Positions 16,481 to 23,868 are shown, numbered from the stretch's first letter. The stretch: 34,950 bases of DNA from Frankiales bacterium (GCA_025965735.1 JAOPWK010000076.1:1-34950); one strand, 5' to 3'. Notes: generated from the sequence alone by a model not told the origin. Translations and numbers: made by a program.

Positions 16481-17694
16481 CCGGAGCGGGCGAGCAGCTC
16501 TCTCGCAGCAGCGGCCACGACGTCGCCCCGGTCGCTGACGATGACGTCGTAGCGGTCCGCGCCCGCAGGCGTCGCCACCATCACCTGCGACACCGCCGGC
16601 CCCAGCAGGACCGCCACGACGTCATCGCCGGACACGTCGCGCACGGGTACGAGGTGCCGGCCGGAACAGGCCGCCGGGGCGCCGTCACCCAGGACGACGA
16701 CGCTGAGCGCCGCCTCCCGCTGCAGCACGGGCAGGTCGCGCAGGAAGCCCTCGGGGGCCAGCGACGGGTCGGGCAGGTGCATGAGCAGCACGTTCATCCC
16801 GGCGTCCACCACCGCGGCCTGGGCGAAGCCGGCCAGGTGGTCACGGACCCAGAGCCGGTCCACGACGACCCGCGGCACGTCGGCGTCCAGCCGCCGGAGC
16901 ACGTCGTCGGGGCCACGGCGGCGCGAGGCGGTGCAGCCCGGGTCGCGCTCGACCCGCACGTCGCCGGCCGACAGCAGCCGCGGTCGCGCGAACAGGTACC
17001 CCTGCCCCCACTGCGCCCCCAGGGCGGCGGCGGCCGCGCGGTCCTGCTCGGTCTCGATGCCCTCTGCGACCAGGGTGGCGCCGCTGCGCTCGAGGTACCG
17101 CTCCACCGCCCGCAGGGTGGCCATGGGCATCGCGCCCCGGGCAGCGCGCAGCAGCGGCGCGTCCAGCTTCACCACGTCCGGCTCGATCAGCGGGAGCAGG
17201 GCGACGCTCGCCTCGTTCGCGCCGACGTCGTCCAGGGCGATCTCGCAGCCGAGGTGCCGCAGCTCGTCGACCGCGGCCAGCAGGCGGCGTGGCCCGTGCG
17301 AGAGCGCACGCTCGGTCACCTCGACGACCACGGAGACCTCGTCCGTGCCGTCGACCCAGTCCGCGAGCAGGTCCTCGGGGCAGCTGCTGCCCAGGACCTC
17401 GGGCTCGGTGTTGAGGAACAGCCGCCAAGCCGGCCGCCGCGGCGAGCAGGCGCGGACGTCGCGCAGTGCGGCCACCCGGCAGGCCCAGTCCATCTCGCGG
17501 AGCCGCCCCTCAAGGCGCGCCTGCGCGAACAGCTCCGGCGGCCGCTCCCACGGCGAGCCGAGCGGCCCGCGGGCCAGCGCCTCGTACCCGATGACCTCCT
17601 CGGTCTGCAGGTCCACGATCGGCTGGAAGAGCATGCTGAGGATCGCGGTCGCCGTCGAGCGCAGCAGCGGAAGCGGCTGCACCTCTGCGCTCAC
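16477..17694 (-). CDS. EAL-domain c-di-GMP phosphodiesterase with a ~150-aa C-terminal extra domain (possibly DICT-like)
   Basis: LFQPIVDLQTEEVIGYEALARGP, FLNTEP, EVTE, ALDDVG, KLD, LVAEGIETE and GQGYLF account for all canonical EAL catalytic motifs. The C-terminal region (...VVVLGDGAP...DDVVAVLLGPAVSQVMVA...YDVIVSDRGDVVAAAARELL) is unassigned. GTG start follows GAGGGGGA. Confidence 0.85.
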   Translation of the reverse strand: MSAEVQPLPLLRSTATAILSMLFQPIVDLQTEEVIGYEALARGPLGSPWERPPELFAQARLEGRLREMDWACRVAALRDVRACSPRRPAWRLFLNTEPEVLGSSCPEDLLADWVDGTDEVSVVVEVTERALSHGPRRLLAAVDELRHLGCEIALDDVGANEASVALLPLIEPDVVKLDAPLLRAARGAMPMATLRAVERYLERSGATLVAEGIETEQDRAAAAALGAQWGQGYLFARPRLLSAGDVRVERDPGCTASRRRGPDDVLRRLDADVPRVVVDRLWVRDHLAGFAQAAVVDAGMNVLLMHLPDPSLAPEGFLRDLPVLQREAALSVVVLGDGAPAACSGRHLVPVRDVSGDDVVAVLLGPAVSQVMVATPAGADRYDVIVSDRGDVVAAAARELLARSG

Positions 17695-17818
17695 GGGTCC
17701 CCCTCGGTCGGGCGGCGCGGAACGCCACCTCGGTCGCCATGGTCTCTGCGTCGGCGCGGCCCCACCTCACCCGCGCGCGGGATCTTGGGGCTCCCCGGAC
17801 GGGGGAGACGGGCGTTCA

Positions 17819-17847
17819 TGGACACCTCTGCGCAAGCCGCCCATACT
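17819..17847 (+). promoter_or_regulatory. Sigma70/HrdB-like promoter candidate for the peptide-HK-RR unit
   Basis: TGGACA (17819-17824), a 17-nt spacer, then CATACT (17842-17847). It lies about 88 nt upstream of the small-ORF ATG, in the 240-nt divergent region shared with the EAL gene. Confidence 0.4.
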
Positions 17848-17934
17848 GCGTGCGGCAGGACCAGCGGAGCGCAGGACGGAGATCACTGAACGAGCGGAGC
17901 GGAGCCTCAACCACCTACACAGGAGGCATTCGCG

Positions 17935-18033
17935 ATGAAGCAGATCATCCGGCTGGCGGTCGTGGCAGTCACGACCGTCGCAGCGATCGTCGGTTCGACC
18001 TCAGCAGCTGGCGCCACCGTCAACTGGGGCTGA
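17935..18033 (+). CDS. Unannotated 32-aa small ORF: Sec-type pre-peptide or small membrane peptide (MKQIIRLAVVAVTTVAAIVGSTSAAGATVNWG)
   Basis: ATG is preceded by AGGAGG at 8-9 nt spacing (acAGGAGGcattcgcgATG). About 80% GC3. It has a basic n-region (MKQIIR), a hydrophobic h-region and a small-residue c-region (STSAAG), leaving only a 6-7 residue C-terminal tail (G)ATVNWG. It is followed by a strong hairpin. It is not in the ORF track (too short) and is masked by the over-extended 17739 ORF in another frame. Confidence 0.6.
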   Translation: MKQIIRLAVVAVTTVAAIVGSTSAAGATVNWG

Positions 18034-18044
18034 CCGAGGACCGC

Positions 18045-18089
18045 GGCGTCCGGCGGGCACGGGCGAGCAGCCCGCCCCCGCCGGACGCC
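18045..18089 (+). terminator. Strong GC hairpin (attenuator or partial terminator) between the small ORF and the histidine kinase
   Basis: GGCGTCCGGCGGG (18045-18057) pairs perfectly with CCCGCCGGACGCC (18077-18089), a 13-bp stem. The loop has an inner GGGC/GCCC pairing. There is no U-tract, which is common in actinobacteria. Confidence 0.5.
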
Positions 18090-18125
18090 GTCACGTCCAC
18101 CCGCTTCCCGCTGTACGCCGGGTCC

Positions 18126-19424
18126 GTGCTGCTCGTGCTGCTCGCCCTGACGGTCATCGGCCTCGCGCAGGGGCAGTGGGCGGACGTCCCCTGGCAGGCG
18201 GCGCTGTTCTGGTGCGCCATCTGCGGCCTGGCCAACCTGCTCGCTGCGCCGGCAGCCGGGCACACCTACCTCAGCATGAGCGCCCCGGTGAACATCGCCA
18301 TCGCCGTGCTCTTCCCACCGGCGGTCGCCGCTGTCCTGGTCGCCGTCGGGTCGGTGTCGCAGCTGGAGGTCCAGCGCCTGACGACGCCGCTGCGCGCCGG
18401 GTTCAACCGGACGCAGATCGGGCTGTGCACGGCCGCTGCCTCCCTGGTCCTGTCGCTGCGACCGGACCCGGTGCTCTGGACGGTGCTCCTGGCCGTCGTC
18501 ACGTACCACCTCGTGAACTGGACGCTGGTCGCCGGCGCCGAGCGCTCCCTGCGCGGCACGCCGGTGGTGCGGGTGCTCGCCGGCTTCCTGCCGCGCGGCG
18601 TCGTCGCGACCGGCACGTACCTCTCGCTGGGCGCCATGGGCGTGGTGCTGGGACTCGTCTACGGGGACATCGGCCCCTGGGCCGTGGCCCTCCTGCTGCT
18701 GCCACTGGCCGGCGCCCGCCAGGCGGTGCGAGCGACCGAGGACATCCAGCGCGTCGAGCGCGAGCGGCGCGAGCTCGCCGACCGCCTGGTCGAGGAGCGC
18801 GAGGGCGAGCGCCTGCGCATCGCCAGCGACCTGCACGACACCGTGCTGCAGAACCTGGCCGCTGTGCAGGTGCAGGCGGACAACGTCAGCGCCGCCGTGC
18901 AGCGGGCGGATCCGCGCGGCGCCGAGCTGGCGGGTGCACTGCGGACCGGGGTCGACGGCACCATCTCCGACGTGCGGCGCGTCATCGCCAATCTCCGGCA
19001 CGCCGGCATCGACGGCGACGGGCTCATCCCGACCGTCAAGCGGTACGCCGACGCGTTCTCGCGGCACGCAGGCTGCGCCGTCGACGTCCGGATCAGCGGT
19101 CCGGTCGAGTCGCTGCCCACGCCGATCGCCCTGCTGCTGCTGGAGTCCTGCCAGGAGGCGCTCACCAACGTCGCCCGGCACGCCGACGCCGGCAGCGTGC
19201 TCGTCCACGTCGAGGTGCACACCGGCCAGGTGGAGCTGCGCGTGGAGGACGACGGCCGCGGGTTCGCCAGCGACGCGGAGCCGAACGGCTTCGGCCTGCG
19301 CCTCACCCGGGAGAAGCTGGCGCTGGTCGGCGGGGGCTGCTGGGTCTCCAGCGCCCCCGGTCGGGGCACCCAGGTCGTCGTGCGTGTCCCGCTGCTGCCG
19401 GGTGGAGGCGGCCATGGCGAGTAG
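18126..19424 (+). CDS. Sensor histidine kinase, HisKA_3/HATPase_c (NarL-partner class), with a ~7-TM N-terminal domain and no sizeable extracytoplasmic loop
   Basis: H-box ERLRIASDLHDTVLQNL, N-box QEALTNVARHA, G1 EDDGRGF, G2 GFGLRLTREKL. About 220 N-terminal residues form roughly 7 hydrophobic segments. The first canonical in-frame start after the small ORF and hairpin is GTG 18126. The track ORF from 17739 runs through the small ORF region and is over-extended. Confidence 0.8.
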   Translation: MLLVLLALTVIGLAQGQWADVPWQAALFWCAICGLANLLAAPAAGHTYLSMSAPVNIAIAVLFPPAVAAVLVAVGSVSQLEVQRLTTPLRAGFNRTQIGLCTAAASLVLSLRPDPVLWTVLLAVVTYHLVNWTLVAGAERSLRGTPVVRVLAGFLPRGVVATGTYLSLGAMGVVLGLVYGDIGPWAVALLLLPLAGARQAVRATEDIQRVERERRELADRLVEEREGERLRIASDLHDTVLQNLAAVQVQADNVSAAVQRADPRGAELAGALRTGVDGTISDVRRVIANLRHAGIDGDGLIPTVKRYADAFSRHAGCAVDVRISGPVESLPTPIALLLLESCQEALTNVARHADAGSVLVHVEVHTGQVELRVEDDGRGFASDAEPNGFGLRLTREKLALVGGGCWVSSAPGRGTQVVVRVPLLPGGGGHGE

Positions 19425-20067
19425 GCAGCAGCCCGTCCGCGTCGCCATCGCCGAGGACCACGCGCTCGTGGCGGAGGCGCTCGCGACGATGTTCTCGCTC
19501 GTGGACGGCTTCGAGGTGGTCGGCAGCGTGACCTCGGGCGACGACGCCGTCGCGCTGGCAGAGCGGCTGCGTCCGGACGTCTTCCTCATGGACGTCGCCC
19601 TCGTGGGCCTGAACGGCCTGGAGGCGACGCGGCAGATCACCGCCAAGGCCCCAGAGGTGCAGGTCCTGGTCCTGACCATGCACGACGACGCCGCCACCGT
19701 GGCCCGGGCCGTGGCGGCGGGAGCCGCCGGCTTCGTGCCGAAGAACGCCAAGCGGGAGGTGCTCTTCCGCGCCGTGGAGGCGCTGGCCGAGGGAGGGGGC
19801 TACCTCGACGAGCAGGTCATGCGGCCGTTCCTGTCGGCGGTGCAGCCGCTGGTGGACGACCTCATGTCCGGGGAGCGGCTGACCGAGCGGGAGCTGGACG
19901 TGCTGCGCCTGCTCAGCCACGGCCGCTCCACCCGCGACATCGCCCAGGCGCTCGTGGTGTCCGACGAGACCGTGAAGTCGCACCTGACGCACATCTACCA
20001 GAAGCTCGGTGTCGGCGACCGCACCTCCGCGGTGGCCCTCGCCCTGCGCCGGGGGCTGGTCTCCTAG
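19414..20067 (+). CDS. Response regulator, NarL/LuxR family (REC + LuxR HTH)
   Basis: MASRQQPVRVAIAEDHALVAEAL...DVFLMDVALVGLNGLEA...LTERELDVLRLLSHGRSTRDIAQALVVSDETVKSHLTHIYQKLGV. ATG follows GGAGG and overlaps the HK 3' end by 11 nt. Confidence 0.9.
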   Translation: MASRQQPVRVAIAEDHALVAEALATMFSLVDGFEVVGSVTSGDDAVALAERLRPDVFLMDVALVGLNGLEATRQITAKAPEVQVLVLTMHDDAATVARAVAAGAAGFVPKNAKREVLFRAVEALAEGGGYLDEQVMRPFLSAVQPLVDDLMSGERLTERELDVLRLLSHGRSTRDIAQALVVSDETVKSHLTHIYQKLGVGDRTSAVALALRRGLVS

Positions 20068-20717
20068 GTCCGCAGTCGGCGGTTGACGGCGTCGAGCACG
20101 GCCCGCGCCACCGCGTCCAGCTCACCGGCTGCGCGGACCGTCGCGGTGCCGATGAGGACGTCCTCCGCGCCCGACATGCGGTGCGCGAGGCTCACCAGCG
20201 CGACCCGGCGCACGCCGAGCGGCCGCACCTCCACGCCGTCGACGTCGCTGCTCGGCAGCCCCGGGTGCAGCTCCACCAGCGCGGCGAGCGTGGCCTCGGC
20301 AGCCATCCGGTGCAGGCCGACCGCGGTGCTCGAGCGGTGCGAACCGCCGGTCGCACGCCGCTGGTCGCGGCTCAGGACGACGCTGACCGACGAGGAGCCG
20401 TGCTGGCTCTGCAGGGTCATCCCGACCAGCAGCGTCCGTCCGTCAGGAGCGGGCTGCAGGTCCTGCGCCGGCGCCGACGCCGGAGTGCCCTCTTCCTCGA
20501 GCTGGACGACGGAGACGACGTTGCGGTCCACCTCGACGCCGAAGGCCGCACGGACCAGCGACTGCACGTCGCGGACCACCTGCTTGGGGTGCTTGCCGGG
20601 GGTGGCGACGATGTGCAGCTCGAGGACGGAGTCCCGCTCGTCCGGCACGACGTGGGCGCGGGTGACGTGCGGGATGCGGCACAGCGCCCGCTCCACGTCC
20701 GGCCAGTCGATGCTCAT
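20064..20717 (-). CDS. Hypothetical protein, paralog B of the '...LDAVNRR' pair
   Basis: 217-aa ORF, MSIDWPDVERALCRIPHVTRAHVVPDERDSVLELHIVATPGKHPKQVVRDVQ... The C-terminal half aligns with the 14981-15580 product and ends ...DAVARAVLDAVNRRLRT. The stop overlaps the RR stop in CTAG. No obvious SD. Confidence 0.65.
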   Translation of the reverse strand: MSIDWPDVERALCRIPHVTRAHVVPDERDSVLELHIVATPGKHPKQVVRDVQSLVRAAFGVEVDRNVVSVVQLEEEGTPASAPAQDLQPAPDGRTLLVGMTLQSQHGSSSVSVVLSRDQRRATGGSHRSSTAVGLHRMAAEATLAALVELHPGLPSSDVDGVEVRPLGVRRVALVSLAHRMSGAEDVLIGTATVRAAGELDAVARAVLDAVNRRLRT

Positions 20718-20762
20718 CGATGGAGCGTAGCGACCAGAAGGCCCGAAACCGCCTCCTGGGAC

Positions 20763-20808
20763 GCAGACAGCGCCGCACCCCCTCGCGGGAGTGCGGCGCT
20801 GCTGTCTG
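20763..20808 (-). terminator. Hairpin downstream of bldC
   Basis: GCAGACAGCGCCGCAC ... GTGCGGCGCTG(CTG)TCTG gives about 15 bp of stem with a 3-nt bulge, starting 12 nt after the bldC stop on the minus strand. Confidence 0.5.
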
Positions 20809-20819
20809 GGCTGGGGGTG

Positions 20820-21026
20820 CTAGGCCTGCGGGCGCGGCGCCGGGATGCCGGCGAGCAGCGCGCGGACCTCGGCCTCGCGGTAGCGGCGGTGGCCGCCGAG
20901 GGTGCGGATCGAGGTGAGCTTGCCGGACTTGGCCCAGCGGGTGACGGTCTTGGGGTCGACGCGGAACATGGTCGCGACCTCAGCCGGGGTGAGCAGGGCC
21001 TCGGAGTCAGGGGTGCGTGTGCTCAT
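20820..21026 (-). CDS. bldC: BldC, small MerR-like/excisionase-type DNA-binding developmental regulator
   Basis: MSTRTPDSEALLTPAEVATMFRVDPKTVTRWAKSGKLTSIRTLGGHRRYREAEVRALLAGIP is near-identical to my recollection of Streptomyces BldC. ATG 21026 gives 68 aa, and GAGAGGAC lies upstream. Confidence 0.9.
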   Translation of the reverse strand: MSTRTPDSEALLTPAEVATMFRVDPKTVTRWAKSGKLTSIRTLGGHRRYREAEVRALLAGIPAPRPQA

Positions 21027-21140
21027 GGCGGGTCGTCCTCTCAATTACGGGCGCTCTGCCCGCGTACGAACGATCGTGCGCGATGTCGCCTTTGAGCGGA
21101 ATGGCCCATGCGGGCCATCTTGCGACTAGTCACTCCGGGC

Positions 21141-22001
21141 TCAGCTGGAGGACTCCACCGCCTGCAGCGCTTTCATGCGTGCGGTGACGCGGGTGTACGC
21201 CGCCGCCGCGCGGTCGGTGTCGCCCTCCGCGAGCGCCGCCAGGGCCAGCGCCACGTCGCGGGCGGACTCGTCCTGGCTCAGCTCGGCGTCGTCCAGCAGG
21301 TGCACCAGTCCGCCGTAGTCGAGCTCGACCAGGGACCTCGGGTGGAACTCCTCCAGCCATCGGCCGAGGTCCTCCACATCCGCCGTCACCACGCCGTCCT
21401 CCACCGTGCGCCGCAGCACCGCCAGCGCCCGCGCCACACGGCGGCGGGCCCTCGACATGGGCGTCCGGTAGACCAGCGAGCGCCCGGTGCGCACTGCACC
21501 TTGTCCTGGTGACGGCCCGAGGTGCACCTCCCGCTCCCCGGCGTCCACGAGCACGAACCAGCGCAGCGGCACGTGCCAGGTGGAGGTCAGCTGCGGCACC
21601 CGCTCGTCGGGGTGGGCCAAACGGTGCGCGTCCAGCTCCTCGCCCACCGACGCGGCCAGCGGCGCCGGCACCCACGCCGAGACCAGCTCGCGCGGCACGT
21701 CGGACAGGAACTCCTCGAGCGCCTCCAGCGACCGCAGGCGGGTGCGCCAGGGGCAGAGCAGCGTCACGCCGTCGACCTCGGTGACGTACGCGTGCTCCGG
21801 CAGCTCGGGCAGCACCGCCGGGACCAGCCCGACCAGCGCCTGCAGCGCCGCCTCGTGCTCCAGAGCCGCGCCGGCGGACGTGCCGGGCGCCTCCTGCTCG
21901 GCCAGGTAGGCCTCCCAGCGCTGGCGCTCGGCGCCCTCGAACGCAGCCAGCGGCTCGTAGACCCGCAGGTAGGCCGTGTGGCCCGCCCGGTGCGCCGTCA
22001 T
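21141..22001 (-). CDS. Conserved actinobacterial hypothetical protein, the syntenic gene between bldC and vdh
   Basis: 286-aa ORF with good coding character ([33 protein letters not shown]...). Its position matches the hypothetical gene between bldC and vdh in Streptomyces. Confidence 0.7.
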   Translation of the reverse strand: MTAHRAGHTAYLRVYEPLAAFEGAERQRWEAYLAEQEAPGTSAGAALEHEAALQALVGLVPAVLPELPEHAYVTEVDGVTLLCPWRTRLRSLEALEEFLSDVPRELVSAWVPAPLAASVGEELDAHRLAHPDERVPQLTSTWHVPLRWFVLVDAGEREVHLGPSPGQGAVRTGRSLVYRTPMSRARRRVARALAVLRRTVEDGVVTADVEDLGRWLEEFHPRSLVELDYGGLVHLLDDAELSQDESARDVALALAALAEGDTDRAAAAYTRVTARMKALQAVESSS

Positions 22002-22175
22002 CCCCGGATGCTCGCACGCAGCGCCCGCACGGGGCGACGAGGGCCGAGGCCCGGAGCCTGCTCGCTACCCTTGCTGCGGGGCACACCACCTCCGCACGAC
22101 GCTGCGCCTCACGAGGGCGTGGCGACCACCCGCCGACCGGCGACGCCGGCGGCCTTCTCTCGCAGGGAGCACGCC

Positions 22176-23270
22176 GTGGGCGTCTTCGACCGGACCGACC
22201 ACCTCAAGGACGCCGGGCACGAGCAGGTGGTGTTCTGCCAGGACCGGGCCAGCGGCCTGAAGGCGATCATCGCGGTCTACTCGACCGCCCTCGGGCCGGC
22301 GCTGGGCGGCACGCGCTTCTACCCGTACGCCAGCGAGGACGACGCCCTCGAGGACGTCCTCAAGCTCAGCAAGGCGATGGCCTACAAGGCGGCGTGCAGC
22401 GGCATCGACCTCGGCGGCGGCAAGGCCGTGATCATCGGTGACCCCACCCGCGACAAGACCGAGGCGCTGCTGCGGGCGTACGGCCGTTTCGTCCAGTCGC
22501 TGGGCGGCCGGTACTACACGGCCTGCGACGTCGGCACCTACGTCCAGGACATGGACGTCATCGCCAAGGAGACCGACTTCGCCACCGGCCGCTCGCCGGA
22601 GAACGGCGGCGCGGGCGACAGCGCCGTTCTCACGGCCTTCGGCGTCTTCCAGGCGATGCGCGCCGCCGCGGAGCACACCTGGGGCGGCCCGACGCTGCAC
22701 GGCAAGCGGGTCGCGGTCGAGGGCGTCGGCAAGGTCGGCCACCACCTCGTGGAGCACCTGGTCCAGGACGGCGCCACCGTCGTCGTCAGCGACGTGAGCG
22801 CAGCCGCCCTCGAGCGGGTGCGCGCGGCGTTCCCGCAGGTCGAGGTGCTCGACGTCGACGCGCTGCGCACGGCCGAGATGGACGTGTACGCCCCCTGCGC
22901 GCTGGGCGGCTCGGTGTCCGACGAGCTGGTGCCGGTGCTGCAGGCCAAGGTCGTCTGCGGCGCCGCCAACAACCAGCTCGAGCACCCCGGCATCGAGAAG
23001 TCGCTGGCCGACCGCGGTGTCCTCTACGCGCCGGACTACGTCGCCAACGCCGGCGGGCTGTGCCAGGTCGCGGACGAGGCGCTGCACGACCAGTTCTCGT
23101 TCGCCCGGGCCGAGGCCAAGGCCGCCACCATCTACGACACCACGCTGTCGATCTTCCGGCTGGCTGACAGCGAGGGCGTGCCGCCGGCCGTGGCCGCCGA
23201 CCGGCTCGGCGAGCGCCGGATGGCCGACGTCGGCCGCCTGCGCAGCGTCCTGGTGCCCGGCCGCAGCTGA
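22176..23270 (+). CDS. vdh: Valine/leucine dehydrogenase (Glu/Leu/Phe/Val dehydrogenase family)
   Basis: From GTG 22176, with AGGGAG 6 nt upstream: (V)[50 protein letters not shown]...[18 protein letters not shown]...GVGKVGHHL. The track ORF from 21522 is over-extended. Confidence 0.9.
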   Translation: MGVFDRTDHLKDAGHEQVVFCQDRASGLKAIIAVYSTALGPALGGTRFYPYASEDDALEDVLKLSKAMAYKAACSGIDLGGGKAVIIGDPTRDKTEALLRAYGRFVQSLGGRYYTACDVGTYVQDMDVIAKETDFATGRSPENGGAGDSAVLTAFGVFQAMRAAAEHTWGGPTLHGKRVAVEGVGKVGHHLVEHLVQDGATVVVSDVSAAALERVRAAFPQVEVLDVDALRTAEMDVYAPCALGGSVSDELVPVLQAKVVCGAANNQLEHPGIEKSLADRGVLYAPDYVANAGGLCQVADEALHDQFSFARAEAKAATIYDTTLSIFRLADSEGVPPAVAADRLGERRMADVGRLRSVLVPGRS

Positions 23271-23304
23271 CCCGGCACCGGATCCCGGGCCGGGTGCGCG
23301 CGGC

Positions 23305-23868
23305 TCAGAGGGTGCAGTTGACCGGGTAGACGAGGCCGTCCACGTCGGCCGGGGCGGCCTTGGAGACGCCGTCCTTGGCCGGGAACGTCACGGTGCCCGT
23401 CACGTCCTCGTCCACCGAGCGGTAGAAGTCGGCGATCAGGGCGTAGGTCTTGCCCGCCTTGAGGGTGCCCTCCTTGATGAAGATCTTCTCGCTGGTGGTG
23501 CCGACACCGCCGCAGTGGGCGACCTCGGTGTTGTTGCCGTTCTTGCCGACCTGCGCGATGTAGAGGTCGAGGTCGGAGGCAGGGGAGGTCCAGGTGAGCG
23601 ACAGCATCGTCCCGCCCTTGACGCCCTTGGCCGGGGCGTAGACGAAGGGCAGGCTGGCGCAGCGCGGCGCCTTGCAGTCGACGCGGTCGCTCTCGCCGAG
23701 CAGGTCGTCGGCGTCCGCGTCGTGGTCCTGCACGCCGCCGTTGGCGTTCATGGTCAGGACCTTGGTCTTCTTGCCGTCCAGCGTCGCGGCCGGAGCGGCA
23801 CCGGCGCTGGGCAGGCAGGTGGCAAGGCCCGCGACGAGCAGGGCCGAGACGACGAGTCGGTTGCGCAC
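23305..23868 (-). CDS. Small secreted protein with a pre-peptidase-C-terminal (PPC)-like beta-sandwich signature
   Basis: From GTG 23868, with GGAGAA upstream: VRNRLVVSALLVAGLATCLPSAGAAPA is a signal peptide. ...LSLTWTSPASDLDLYIAQVGKNGN...KAGKTYALIADFYRSV... follows. Confidence 0.65.
   Translation of the reverse strand: MRNRLVVSALLVAGLATCLPSAGAAPAATLDGKKTKVLTMNANGGVQDHDADADDLLGESDRVDCKAPRCASLPFVYAPAKGVKGGTMLSLTWTSPASDLDLYIAQVGKNGNNTEVAHCGGVGTTSEKIFIKEGTLKAGKTYALIADFYRSVDEDVTGTVTFPAKDGVSKAAPADVDGLVYPVNCTL

Noticed and set aside
14692-17889. 1065-aa plus-strand ORF spanning the tRNAs, the paralog A and GGDEF genes, and the EAL gene in antisense
   Set aside because: Arg/Ala/Gly/Pro-rich nonsense composition typical of off-frame ORFs in high-GC DNA. 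It runs through three tRNA genes and overlaps well-supported domain-bearing genes.
14939-20819. Idea that the signalling cluster is a tRNA-Phe-integrated genomic island
   Set aside because: There is no integrase, excisionase or transposase. I could not find a direct repeat of the tRNA-Phe 3' end near 20720-20820. GC content and codon style look native.
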